64,000 nt of DNA. It comes from an uncultured Acidobacteriota bacterium. Its GTDB lineage: Bacteria; Acidobacteriota; Thermoanaerobaculia; Gp7-AA8. Shown piece by piece: positions 27,775-37,440 of the stretch (positions within the stretch are counted from its first letter, which is position 1; every line of letters begins with the position of its first letter). The translations under genes were made by a program, and so were the position numbers. The stretch lies in NCBI GenBank assembly GCA_963822445.1, contig CAWGHO010000003.1, positions 32,001 through 96,000 of the forward strand, in the 5' to 3' direction. Under the pieces are notes generated by a model. It did not search any database, had not been told where the DNA came from, and saw only the letters and a list, made by a program, of their open reading frames with translations.

Positions 27775-28907
27775 CGCGGATGTTCCTCGCGGCGGCCGGC
27801 ATCGCCGGCACGCTGCTTTTCGTGCTCGGCGTGCTGCATGTGCCGTTGACGCGGATCACGTTCGCACTCGCCGTGATCGTTGCCGCGGCGCTGGTCATCC
27901 GCCGAAAGCCTGAATTGCCCAGCGTCGAGGACTGGCTTCCGATTGCGGTTCTGTGCATCCCGTTTGCGATCGCTGCCTACACCGTCTCCATCCTGCCGCT
28001 GGCCGATTACGACGGCCGTGTGACCTGGATGCCGAAGGCCGATGCGATCGTGCGCGAAGCATCGATCCGCGGTCCGTTTTTCATGGGCGAGCGGGGGCTG
28101 AATCTGCACAACCGCTATCCGCTGCTCGTGCCGCTCGATGTGGCGGTGATCAAGGCGTTCGGCGGCTCCGGACGGCATTTCTTCTGGCTCGTGCCGTTCG
28201 CGGCGCTGCTGTGGTGCTTCGCATTCGTGCGTAAGGAATATGGACGCGCCGCGGCGTGGCTCGTGGCGGGTCTGCCCTGGCTGCCGTCGATCGTTGCTGC
28301 GCCCGAGGGTGGGGCCATGTCTGCCTACGTCGATCTCACGGTGATGGCCTTCACCGGTGCGGCGCTGATGTCGATCGCGGATCCGCGCGCGACGGGGATG
28401 TGGCTGACGTTTCTCGTGCTGACGAAAAACGAGGGGCTGGTGATCGCGGCAGCGATCTGCGTGACGATGCTGGTGTTTCGCGGCGTGCGCCGAATCGCCT
28501 GGGTGGCCGTGCCGCCTCTCGTCGCCGCGCTGCTGCTGGCGTGGTGGCGGCGCTCGATTCCGGCCGCGTACGACGAGCAGTACGAATTGCTGATCCGCGA
28601 GCTGCCGTCGAAGCTCGATCGCCTCGACGACGCCCTCCTGGCCCTCGGCACCCAGGCGCTCGACTTCCGCCAGTGGGGTCTTTTCTGGCTGGTGACGTTG
28701 ATCTGCGCCGCGATTGCCCTGACTCGCCGATCCGTTCCGGCGCTGGTCTGCGTGCTCGTCTTCTGCGGCTATGTCGTCACCTTTGCGGTCACGAGCTGGC
28801 ACATCGAGGAACTGGCAAACGTGGCCGCGAACCGGCTCCTGACCCATCTCCTCATTCCCGCCACGCTCACGATCGCGTCGGTGGTGACAACATCACGGCC
28901 GGCATGA
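27771..28907 (+). CDS. Multi-pass membrane protein, GT-C-like
   Basis: DYDGRVTWMPKA, HNRYPLLVP, YVDL and TKNEG motifs between TM helices. Confidence 0.6.
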   Translation: MTRMFLAAAGIAGTLLFVLGVLHVPLTRITFALAVIVAAALVIRRKPELPSVEDWLPIAVLCIPFAIAAYTVSILPLADYDGRVTWMPKADAIVREASIRGPFFMGERGLNLHNRYPLLVPLDVAVIKAFGGSGRHFFWLVPFAALLWCFAFVRKEYGRAAAWLVAGLPWLPSIVAAPEGGAMSAYVDLTVMAFTGAALMSIADPRATGMWLTFLVLTKNEGLVIAAAICVTMLVFRGVRRIAWVAVPPLVAALLLAWWRRSIPAAYDEQYELLIRELPSKLDRLDDALLALGTQALDFRQWGLFWLVTLICAAIALTRRSVPALVCVLVFCGYVVTFAVTSWHIEELANVAANRLLTHLLIPATLTIASVVTTSRPA

Positions 28908-30745
28908 CTCGCTTTCGCGATGCTTTCGCCGCGTCGATTTTCGCGATTCTCAGCATCGCCTTCACCTGGCCGCTCGCTCTGAACATCGGACGGGCGGTCT
29001 CCGATCCGGGCGATCCCTTCGTCAACATCTGGATTCTCGACTGGGACTGGTGGGCGACGCTGCATCAGCCGTTGCAGCTGTTCCACGCGAATGCGCTTCA
29101 TCCGGCGAAGTACACGCTGGCCTTCAGCGAAAATCTCTACGGGCTGGCGATCCTGCTTTTCCCGCTGCGGATGTTCGGGGCCGGTCCGATCACCGCCTAC
29201 AACGTGGGAATGCTCGCCGGCTTCGCCTTCTGCGGCTTCGCGGCCTACCTCCTCGGCCGCCGCGTCACGGGATCCTTTGCGGCGGGACTCGCGGCGGGCG
29301 TCTTCTACGCGTTCGTGCCGTTTCGCTTCGTGCACACGTCGCACATCCAGCACATATGGGGCGGCTGGCTGCCGCTGCTTCTGCTGGCGTTGCTGATGTA
29401 CGGGGAGAAGCCGACGCCGCGCCGTGCGGCATTGTTCGCGTTCGTCTTCGCGATGAACGGCCTGACCAACATTCATTACCTGTTGTTCGGCGCCTTCGCC
29501 AGCGCGGTCACGGCAGTGCTACTCGTTCCGCGCCGCGACTGGCGCAATCTCGCGATCGCCACGGCGCTGGCGATGCTCGTTCTCGCTCCGTTTCTTTATC
29601 CGTACGCCGTCGTCGCGAAAGCGTACGGAACGCGAAGCATCGAAGAGACGCTGCGTTTCTCTGCGATTGCGTCGGACTGGATCACGAATCCGGCCGAACC
29701 GGAGCGGCGCCTGTTTCCCGGATTTGTGGCGTTGATCTGCGTTGCCGCCGCGGTTTTCGTGAAGGAAAGAGCAAAGTTGTCGCTTGGCCTCCTCTGGATC
29801 GCCATCGGCTTCCTCGGCTCACTCGGCCTGCACTTCGAGTTTCATCGCTTTCTGCACGGCGCGGTGCCCGGTTATCGCGCGATCCGCGTCCCGGCGCGGT
29901 GGGCGGTGATCGCCTATGTCGGCGCGGCGATTCTCATCGCGTTGATCACCGCGGCGCTGGCGCGGCGAAATCGGTGGCTGGCGTTCGTCGTGCCGATCGC
30001 TCTGGCGTTCGAGCTGTACCCCGGTCAGATCCGCTGGTGGCTGGCGAATCCCGAGCCGCCGCCGCTGTACCGATGGCTCGCGGCGGAATCGCGCGAGCCG
30101 ATCGCCGAGCTGCCGATGATTCCGGCTGCCGAGTATTTCTACCTCCTGCGCTCGACGGTCCATCACCGGCCCATGATCAACGGCCTCTCGGACGCGGGAC
30201 TGCCGGTGAAGGTGGATCTCTCGCTGAAGTGGGCGGTGCTGTCGGATGACTTCGTCGATGCTCTGAAAGCGGCCGGGGTGAAGCTGGTCGTGGTGCACAC
30301 GGAGATGCTCGGCGATCGCAGCGCCGAAACCCGCGCCTGGCTGCAGCGGGAGCAGGATCGCGGGCGGATCTCCCTCGTCCGCCGCTTCGAGCGCGACTGG
30401 GTCTTCGCGCTTCGCGGCGGCGGACCGCGCGCGCCGCTCGAGGCCTGGGACACATTCGGCACGCAGGCCACGACCGGCGGAATCGATTACCCGCAGGGCA
30501 CCGACGCCCGCGGCGAAGGCTACTTTTCGGGATGGGCGAAATCGCCGCACGGCATCCGCGGCGTGGAGATCGTCTTCGAGAACGGCCGGGTGCGGCATCG
30601 CGCGGGCCTGGACAAGGGCCGGTTCATCCTCTCCATCCCGCGGCGGCCGGCCAACATCCGCCGCGACACCGATTTCCAGGTCGAGATCACCGACGGGCGC
30701 GGCGTGGTCACGCGGCTGGAGTCGCGCTGGTTGCGCTGGGACTGA
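28904..30745 (+). CDS. Multi-pass membrane protein, YfhO/GT-C-like
   Basis: DPGDPFVNIWILDW, LAFSENL, IRVPARW, HHRPMING; ATGA overlap with the upstream gene. Confidence 0.65.
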   Translation: MTRFRDAFAASIFAILSIAFTWPLALNIGRAVSDPGDPFVNIWILDWDWWATLHQPLQLFHANALHPAKYTLAFSENLYGLAILLFPLRMFGAGPITAYNVGMLAGFAFCGFAAYLLGRRVTGSFAAGLAAGVFYAFVPFRFVHTSHIQHIWGGWLPLLLLALLMYGEKPTPRRAALFAFVFAMNGLTNIHYLLFGAFASAVTAVLLVPRRDWRNLAIATALAMLVLAPFLYPYAVVAKAYGTRSIEETLRFSAIASDWITNPAEPERRLFPGFVALICVAAAVFVKERAKLSLGLLWIAIGFLGSLGLHFEFHRFLHGAVPGYRAIRVPARWAVIAYVGAAILIALITAALARRNRWLAFVVPIALAFELYPGQIRWWLANPEPPPLYRWLAAESREPIAELPMIPAAEYFYLLRSTVHHRPMINGLSDAGLPVKVDLSLKWAVLSDDFVDALKAAGVKLVVVHTEMLGDRSAETRAWLQREQDRGRISLVRRFERDWVFALRGGGPRAPLEAWDTFGTQATTGGIDYPQGTDARGEGYFSGWAKSPHGIRGVEIVFENGRVRHRAGLDKGRFILSIPRRPANIRRDTDFQVEITDGRGVVTRLESRWLRWD

Positions 30746-30789
30746 CCTTTGGTAGCATCCGCCCCGTTCAACAACAGGAGGAATCACTG

Positions 30790-31623
30790 ATGCGTAAGTT
30801 CTCTCTCATCCTCGCGGTCGCGCTGATCGCGACCAGCGCGTTCGCGCAACAGGTGCGCACGCCGCGGCCGAGCCCGCAGGCGACGCTCACTCAGACCGTC
30901 GGCGTCACCGACGTCACCATCAAGTACAGCCGTCCCGGCGTCAAGGGCCGCTCGATCTGGGGCGGGCTCGTGCCGTACGACAAGGTCTGGCGTACGGGTG
31001 CGAACGAGGCCACGACGATCCAGTTCTCCGAGGACGTTTCGATCAACGGCCAGAAGCTGCCGAAAGGGACGTACAGCCTGCACACGACGCCCGGTCAGAG
31101 CGCGTGGAAGGTTCACTTCAACAGCGTCGCCGACCAGTGGGGCAGCTACAGCTACGACGCGGCCAAGGACGTTCTCGTCGTGAACGCGACGCCGCAGGCG
31201 GCGCCGCACGCCGAGTGGCTCACCTTCGAGGTTCCCGAGATGACCACCGACACCGCGAAGGTCGTCATCCGCTGGGAGAAGATCGCCGTGCCGTTCACCG
31301 TCGACACCGGCGCGACCGCGAAGGTCATGACTCAGCTTCGCAACGCGCTCAACCCTGATTGGCGCGCGCCCTACAACGCCGCGAACTTCGCGTTCCAGAA
31401 CAAGGGCGCCGCGACGGACCAGGAGATCTCCGACTGGCTGGACAGGTCGCTGGCGGTCAACCAGAACATCAGCAACCTCTGGCTGAAGGCCCAGTTCCTC
31501 CAGCGCGCCGGCAAGACGGCCGAGGCCATCAAGGCCGGCGAGGAAGCCATCGCCAAGGCCACGCCGCAGCAGGCGGATTTCGCCGGCGTGATTCGCGACA
31601 CGATCGCAGGTTGGAAGAAATAG
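30790..31623 (+). CDS. DUF2911 domain secreted protein with TPR-like C-terminus
   Basis: Signal peptide; SPQA...YSRPGVKGR...LVPYDKVWRTGANEAT; AGGAGG RBS. Confidence 0.88.
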   Translation: MRKFSLILAVALIATSAFAQQVRTPRPSPQATLTQTVGVTDVTIKYSRPGVKGRSIWGGLVPYDKVWRTGANEATTIQFSEDVSINGQKLPKGTYSLHTTPGQSAWKVHFNSVADQWGSYSYDAAKDVLVVNATPQAAPHAEWLTFEVPEMTTDTAKVVIRWEKIAVPFTVDTGATAKVMTQLRNALNPDWRAPYNAANFAFQNKGAATDQEISDWLDRSLAVNQNISNLWLKAQFLQRAGKTAEAIKAGEEAIAKATPQQADFAGVIRDTIAGWKK

Positions 31624-31696
31624 TTACGAGGTCACGGGGTTGCGGGGTTACGAGGTCCCCGCACCCCGAAACCTCGTAACCCCGAAACCCAGGAAC
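31623..31696. repeat. Inverted arrays of the 8-mer GTTACGRG family between convergent genes
   Basis: gttacgag gtcacggg gttgcggg gttacgag ... cccgaaac ctcgtaac cccgaaac. Confidence 0.88.
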
Positions 31697-33363
31697 CACT
31701 GAATCAGCAGCGCCGAGACCACTCCCACCACACACCCCACCACGTTCCACCACAACCAGGCCATGCTCGTGTTCGCGGCGCAGTAGAGCACCGCGCCGAG
31801 CGCGATCAGCGCCGCCGAGAACGCGGCCGTTCCCTTCACGTGCGGCAGGTAGAACGCGATCAGGAAGACGGCCAGCATCGTCCCGTAGAAGATCGAGCCG
31901 ACCTTGTTGACCGCTTCGATCAGCGATCCGAGGCGGTTCGCGTACATGGCGAAGGCGATGGAGAACAACCCCCAGAACACGGTCATCGCTTTCGAGAGCA
32001 GCACGTACTGGTGATCGGGGCGGTTCTTCCAGAGCAGGCGCTTCCAGATGTCGACCACGCTGGTCGACGCGAGTGAGTTGAGTCCCGAGGCCGTGGCGGA
32101 CATGGCCGCGCAGAAGATCGAGGCCATGAGCACGCCGACCAGACCGGTGGGCAGGTTCTCGATGATGAAGGTCAGGAAGACGTAGTCGGTGTCCTTCGCG
32201 TCCGCTTTCGGATTGTTCTTGCGGATCAGGTCCGAAGCGGTCTTGCGCGTTTCCGCGTCGCGCTTCTGCAGAGATTGAATCTGCGCCGTGGCACTGGCGA
32301 TGGTCGCGTCGTCGTTGGCGTCCATCGCCGCGACGAGCTTTGTCGCGGCCTGCTTCTTCTGCTCGAACGTTTGCTTGTGCGTGTTCTCGAGATTCGCGAA
32401 CTCGCCGCTGTACTGGCTCGCCCGAAGACTCTGGGCCTGCACGCGATTGAACGACAGCGGCGGCGCGACGAACTGGTAGAAGACGAACACCATCGCCCCG
32501 ACGAAGAGGATGAAGAACTGCATCGGCACTTTGACCATGCCGTTGAACAGCAGCCCGAGGCGGCTCTGGGTGATGGTCTCGCCGGTCAGATAGCGCTGCA
32601 CCTGCGATTGGTCGGTGCCGAAGTAGGCCAGGGCGACCATCAATCCGCCGAAAAGGCCCGACCAGAAGTTGTAGGGCGTGGTCAGATCGAACGAGAAGTC
32701 GATGACATTGATGCGGCCCATGCGTCCGGCAACGCGCACCGCATCGACGAGACCGACTTCCGCCGGCATCGATTTGATGGCGACGACGAGGGCCACGGCC
32801 ATGCCGCCGAGGGAGATCAGGAGCTGATGCATGTGCGTCCAGCTCACTGCCTTCGTGCCGCCGGTGGTGGTGTAGATGATGACCAGCGCGCCGATGGCCG
32901 TCGTGGTCAATTGAATGTTCCAGCCGAGGACCAGCGAGACGATCAGCGCCGGCGCGTACAACGTCATGGCCGTGCCGAGGCCGCGCTGGAAGAGGAAGAT
33001 CAGCGTGGTCAGCGTGCGCGTGCCGACGCCGAAGCGCGTTTCCAGATATTCGTAAGCGGTGAAGACTTTGAGGCGGTGGTAGATCGGCACCGCGGTGATG
33101 GAGAGGATGACCATGGCCACGGGCAGGCCAAGGTAGAACTGCACGAAGCGCATGCCGTCGACGTAGGCCTGGCCGGGCGTCGACAGAAAGGTGATCGCGC
33201 TGGCCTGCGTGGCCATGACCGACAGCGCGATCGTGTACCACTGCAGCTGCCGGTCGGCGAGCAGGTATTGCTCGAGCCGCTTCTGTTTTCTCCCCTTCCA
33301 GACGCCGTACGCGACGATCGCCGCGAGCGTGCCGGCCAGGACCAGCCAATCCGCAGTTCTCAT
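31648..33363 (-). CDS. Sodium:solute symporter
   Basis: SVMATQASAITF, TAYEYLETRFG, YFGTDQSQVQRYL, AAMS motifs; many TM helices. Confidence 0.92.
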   Translation of the reverse strand: MRTADWLVLAGTLAAIVAYGVWKGRKQKRLEQYLLADRQLQWYTIALSVMATQASAITFLSTPGQAYVDGMRFVQFYLGLPVAMVILSITAVPIYHRLKVFTAYEYLETRFGVGTRTLTTLIFLFQRGLGTAMTLYAPALIVSLVLGWNIQLTTTAIGALVIIYTTTGGTKAVSWTHMHQLLISLGGMAVALVVAIKSMPAEVGLVDAVRVAGRMGRINVIDFSFDLTTPYNFWSGLFGGLMVALAYFGTDQSQVQRYLTGETITQSRLGLLFNGMVKVPMQFFILFVGAMVFVFYQFVAPPLSFNRVQAQSLRASQYSGEFANLENTHKQTFEQKKQAATKLVAAMDANDDATIASATAQIQSLQKRDAETRKTASDLIRKNNPKADAKDTDYVFLTFIIENLPTGLVGVLMASIFCAAMSATASGLNSLASTSVVDIWKRLLWKNRPDHQYVLLSKAMTVFWGLFSIAFAMYANRLGSLIEAVNKVGSIFYGTMLAVFLIAFYLPHVKGTAAFSAALIALGAVLYCAANTSMAWLWWNVVGCVVGVVSALLIQWFLGFGVTRFRGAGTS

Positions 33364-33476
33364 TGAAAGGCCCTGGTGAACGCGTAGAAGACGATCACCT
33401 GCAACGCGAGGAAGAGGAGGACCGCCGCGTAGAGGCGGGGCCAGGTTTTCGCGATTGGCGGATTGGGCTCGGTCAT
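33360..33476 (-). CDS. 38-aa single-TM protein preceding the SSS gene
   Basis: Hand translation MTEPNPPIAKTWPRLYAAVLLFLALQVIVFYAFTRAFQ*; TGA overlaps the SSS ATG (ATGA). Confidence 0.7.
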   Translation of the reverse strand: MTEPNPPIAKTWPRLYAAVLLFLALQVIVFYAFTRAFQ

Positions 33477-33483
33477 GAGAGGC

Positions 33484-33573
33484 GAATGCAGAATGCAGAA
33501 TGCAGAATGCAGAAAAGGTGCGTGGCTAGAGGGATCTCATCTTTCTGCATTCTGCATTCTGCCTTCTGCATTT
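33484..33573. repeat. Inverted arrays of the 7-mer GAATGCA x4 / TGCATTC x4
   Basis: Read directly from the sequence. Confidence 0.9.
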
Positions 33574-33582
33574 GAGCTCCGC

Positions 33583-36075
33583 TCACTGCGCCGACACCAG
33601 GTTCACGAAGGCCCGAATCGCGCCCGGCACACCCGCCGGCAACTGCCGCCACCACGCGTAGCCGGTGTAGATGAACGCGCCCTTGCCGTGTTTCGCGTAG
33701 AGCTGGCCGCCTGGTTTTTCCGGCTCGCCGGGATCGTTCGTGGACAGCATCGTCGTGTACTTCGCGTCCCACTCGTTCGGGAAGTAGAGGCCGCGCTCCT
33801 GGACCCAGCCTTCGAAGTCCTTCGCGGTGATTTTGTTCGGCGCGGTGAGCAGAGGATGCGTCGCGGTGAGCAGCTTCACCGGCGCTTCCTCGACCGTCAC
33901 GCGATCGCGCGAGATCTTGAACGGGTACGGGCCCGGCGCGGGCACAGCCAGGTCGTCGAGCTGATTGGCGGTGTTGTACTGCACGACCATCGTGCCGCCG
34001 TTCTCCACGTACTGCATCAGCTTCTCGTGCGCGAGCTTCAGGCGGTCGCGCGTGTTGTAGGCGCGGATGCCGGCGATGATCGCGTCGTATTTCGCGAAGT
34101 CGCCGCGATCGAGATCGGCATCGGTCAGCAGCTCGACCTCATAGCCGACCTGCCGGAGGATGTTCGGGACGTCGTCGCCCGATCCCATGATGTAGCCGAC
34201 GCGCTGGCCGGCGCGTTTGATGTCCGCGCGGACGAGTTTCGCCGCGGCGTCGCCGAGGATTCGTTGCGCGGGGATGTGCGCGTAATCGATGTCCACGATC
34301 CCGTGCGTGACCACCGTGTCTTCGCTCACCTGCAACTGGGCCGTGAGGATTGCGGTGTCTTCATTGACAGGCGGCGTTACGTTGAAAGTCGCGCGCTGCT
34401 CGTCGCCTTTGCCGGTGAACTTCACCTCGCGCGACACCGGCTCGACTTGCCATCCGCCGGGGACGTTCAGTCTCGCGATTCCACTCGTCGCTCCGAAGCT
34501 CTTCATCCACATCGTCACCGGCCGCGTCTTCGCCTCGGGGAAGAGGTAAACGTTCGAGCCGAGCTTCACCGTCGCCGGCGGAACCACGTCCACTTCGCGC
34601 ACCTGCTCGCCTTTGACCGGATCGGTCCAGCGGTAAACGAGCGGCATCTGGAAGATCAGCGAGTTCATGGTCGGATCGGCGAGGACGACGTTGATCGGGA
34701 TCTCCGGCCAGTTGTCGGGACGGCCGATGTGCAGCTGGTTCTGGACGTTGTAGAGCCCTTTCGCGGGCGTCCGCTGCAACCAGTACGGCTGGGTGTAATC
34801 GAACTGCGTCGGGACCTTGATCTTGATGTCCGTCTTGACCGGCTTGTTGTTCTCGAGGAGCGTGCCCGGTGCGAGGCTGGGGTTTGCGTGCAGCGAGGCG
34901 ACCATCGACAGGCGGAAGGGATAGTCCGATCGATTGACGACGGTGACGCTGACCGGCAGTTCCGCGCCGGGAGTCGTCGTGGAATCCGCGGCGGAGACGT
35001 CGATGGCGATGCCCGCGCATTCGCGGATCGCTTCGAGCAGCTCGCGTTTTTTCGTATCGAGCCAAGGTAGCGTCTTTGCCGGCCATTCCGCGCTGAGCTG
35101 GCCGTCGAGTAATGCGTACGCCTTAACCAGCAGGGGCACCGAGGCCTGGGGATTGTCCGGATCGAACTTGTCCGCTGCTTCTTTCAAAAGCGCGCCGAGC
35201 TGTTCGCCTTTCGGATAACGGGACCAGCTCGTGTCGATGCCTTCGAAGAGATCTTTTTCCGCGGGGGCGCCCGCTTTCAGATCGAAGTAGTTGAGCAGCG
35301 TGCCGCGGCGCTCGGCCGATCCGAAGCCCTGGCTCTTGTGCTGGCTGCGGCTCTCCGCGGCGATCTCGGTGTACGCGCGGCCGAGCTGGCGGTTGTAGGT
35401 GCCGAGGTCGATGCGGAGGGATTTCGCAAGCGCGGGATCGTTCGGATCGACCGGGCGGCCGAAAGAAAAGCGGTTCCAGAAGATCCGCTTGGCCTGCCAG
35501 GGGGCGACGTACGGAAGTTGCTCCGGAAACTTGCCCGGATCGGCAGCCGCGACGAACGCCTCTTCGGCCAGGATCGAGGACGCCGTGTGATGACCGTGGC
35601 CGCCTTCGCCGGTGGGCGGAAAGCGGGTGATGATCACGTCGGGCTGGAATTTGCGGATGGCCCAGACCACGTCGGCGAGGACTTTCTCGTGGTCCCAGAT
35701 GGCGAGCGTCTCCGCGGGCGTTTTCGAATAGCCGAAGTCGACGGCGCGGGTGAAGAGCTGCTCGGCGCGATCGATCTTGCGGGCCTGCAGGAGCTCGTGC
35801 GTGCGAATCACGCCGAGGAGCGGGCCGGTTTCCTGGCCGATGAGATTCTGGCCGCCGTCGCCGCGCGTGACCGACAGATACGCGGTGCGATAGAGCCGCT
35901 CGTTCGCGAGCCAGGAGAGCAACGCCGTGTTCTCGTCATCGGGATGCGCGGCCACGTACAACGCGCTGCCGGTGACGCCGAGTTTTCGGAGAGCGATCTG
36001 CAACTCCGCCGCGGTGCGGGCGGGGAGGGGGAGGGCAATCGCGATCGTGAGAAGGAGGAGCAGGGCTCGACGCAT
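33583..36075 (-). CDS. Secreted PIG-L/LmbE family deacetylase with C-terminal GATase-like domain
   Basis: Signal peptide; AAHPDDE, TRGDGGQN, GHGHH; C-terminal YVENGGTMVVQY, WVQERGLYF. Confidence 0.88.
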   Translation of the reverse strand: MRRALLLLLTIAIALPLPARTAAELQIALRKLGVTGSALYVAAHPDDENTALLSWLANERLYRTAYLSVTRGDGGQNLIGQETGPLLGVIRTHELLQARKIDRAEQLFTRAVDFGYSKTPAETLAIWDHEKVLADVVWAIRKFQPDVIITRFPPTGEGGHGHHTASSILAEEAFVAAADPGKFPEQLPYVAPWQAKRIFWNRFSFGRPVDPNDPALAKSLRIDLGTYNRQLGRAYTEIAAESRSQHKSQGFGSAERRGTLLNYFDLKAGAPAEKDLFEGIDTSWSRYPKGEQLGALLKEAADKFDPDNPQASVPLLVKAYALLDGQLSAEWPAKTLPWLDTKKRELLEAIRECAGIAIDVSAADSTTTPGAELPVSVTVVNRSDYPFRLSMVASLHANPSLAPGTLLENNKPVKTDIKIKVPTQFDYTQPYWLQRTPAKGLYNVQNQLHIGRPDNWPEIPINVVLADPTMNSLIFQMPLVYRWTDPVKGEQVREVDVVPPATVKLGSNVYLFPEAKTRPVTMWMKSFGATSGIARLNVPGGWQVEPVSREVKFTGKGDEQRATFNVTPPVNEDTAILTAQLQVSEDTVVTHGIVDIDYAHIPAQRILGDAAAKLVRADIKRAGQRVGYIMGSGDDVPNILRQVGYEVELLTDADLDRGDFAKYDAIIAGIRAYNTRDRLKLAHEKLMQYVENGGTMVVQYNTANQLDDLAVPAPGPYPFKISRDRVTVEEAPVKLLTATHPLLTAPNKITAKDFEGWVQERGLYFPNEWDAKYTTMLSTNDPGEPEKPGGQLYAKHGKGAFIYTGYAWWRQLPAGVPGAIRAFVNLVSAQ

Positions 36076-36095
36076 GGAGGCGGAGGATAGTGGGG

Positions 36096-36158
36096 AAGTC
36101 GCAAAGTCTCAAAGTCGCAAAGCCTCAAAGTGTGATAGCCGTGTTACTTCTTTGAGAC
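36096..36158. repeat. 8-mer tandem array (AAGTCKCA-like x5) with one inverted unit
   Basis: aagtcgca aagtctca aagtcgca aagcctca aagtgtga ... ctttgagac. Confidence 0.7.
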
Positions 36159-37408
36159 AGCCATACGACATAGCCGTAGTTGGCGCCGGGGCGGCGGGTT
36201 TGACCGCGGCGATCTTCGCGAGGCGCGCGGCGCCGGACGCGCGGATCGTAGCGCTCGATGGCGCGCCGAAGATCGGGGCGAAGATTCTCATTTCAGGCGG
36301 CGGGCGCTGCAACGTCACGCATTACGCCGTCGATGCGCGCGATTTCAACGGGAATCGCAACGCCATCGGCAAGGTGCTGCGGACGTTCGACGTCGACGAG
36401 ACGGTGGCCTGGTTCGAAGAGATGGGCGTGATGCTGAAGCGCGAGGAAACGGGGAAGCTGTTTCCTGTCACCGACAAGGCCCGCACGGTCGTCGATGCGC
36501 TGTTGCGCGCGGCGGATGGCGTGGAGATCCGCACGGGCTATCGCGTTGAATCGATCGAGGCCGGCTTTCTCATCAACGGGGAGCTCGAGGCGAAGCGGGT
36601 GATTCTCGCGGCCGGCGGACGGAGCGTTCCCAAGACCGGCAGCGACGGAACCGGCTACCGCCTCGCAAAATCCCTCGGCCACACCGTGACCGATGTCTTT
36701 CCCGCGCTCGTGCCATTGATTCTCGAGGATGGGCACTGGCTGACCTCTCTGAGCGGCACGAGCACCGAAGCGGAGCTGTCCGTGCGCAGCGGTACGGGGC
36801 GTGTACTCGAGCGCGTCCGCGGATCGCTGCTGTTCACGCATTTCGGATTGAGCGGACCGGCGGCGCTGGATGTGTCGCGGCACTGGATCGCGGCGAAGCG
36901 GGAGGATGGGAGGGCGAGCCTCACTGCGAGCTTTCTGCCGGACGAGACGTTCGAGTCGCTCGACCGGTTGTTGCAAGCCGGGACCGTACGGGGACGGATT
37001 CCGGCGAGACTGCTGGAGGAACTCTTCGTACGGCGGGCGTCCCGCCCGCCTCTGCCGGGCATCCTGCCCGGCAGTCTCCCGCCGGGCGACACGCCCGGCG
37101 GATCGCGGGCGGGACGCCCGCCGTACGAGGCAATGACCAAAGACGCGCGCCGCACCCTCGTCCGCAACCTCCTCGAGCTCCCCCTCCCCGTCAAAGCCGA
37201 TCGCGGGTTCGATTACGCCGAGGTCACGGCGGGCGGCGTTCCGCTGAGCGAGATCGATCTCGCCACTATGGCCTCGCGCCGTTGCGACAACCTCTTCCTC
37301 TGCGGGGAGATCCTCGACGTCGACGGGCGGATCGGCGGGTTCAACTTTCAGTGGGCGTGGGCCAGCGGCAGGCTGGCCGGGATGAGCGCTGGCAGATTGC
37401 TTGACTAG
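36152..37408 (+). CDS. HI0933/BaiN family flavoprotein (start uncertain)
   Basis: VVGAGAAG, KILISGGGRCNVT, GKLFP, LLFTHFGLSGP, VTAGGV, GEILDVDGRIGGFNFQWAW. Confidence 0.92.
   Translation: MRQPYDIAVVGAGAAGLTAAIFARRAAPDARIVALDGAPKIGAKILISGGGRCNVTHYAVDARDFNGNRNAIGKVLRTFDVDETVAWFEEMGVMLKREETGKLFPVTDKARTVVDALLRAADGVEIRTGYRVESIEAGFLINGELEAKRVILAAGGRSVPKTGSDGTGYRLAKSLGHTVTDVFPALVPLILEDGHWLTSLSGTSTEAELSVRSGTGRVLERVRGSLLFTHFGLSGPAALDVSRHWIAAKREDGRASLTASFLPDETFESLDRLLQAGTVRGRIPARLLEELFVRRASRPPLPGILPGSLPPGDTPGGSRAGRPPYEAMTKDARRTLVRNLLELPLPVKADRGFDYAEVTAGGVPLSEIDLATMASRRCDNLFLCGEILDVDGRIGGFNFQWAWASGRLAGMSAGRLLD
37027..37127. repeat. About 100-bp palindromic element inserted in frame in the flavoprotein gene
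   Basis: Same ends and GCCGGGCATCCTGCCCGGC core as 21435-21534. Confidence 0.85.
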
Positions 37409-37429
37409 TCAATCATTCACGCGTAGTGT
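37401..37429 (+). promoter_or_regulatory. sigma70-type promoter with palindromic operator for the marR-yceI pair
   Basis: TTGACT-N17-TAGTGT; perfect palindrome TTGACTAGTCAA (37401-37412). Confidence 0.6.
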
Positions 37430-37440
37430 GTCCGCTCTTC

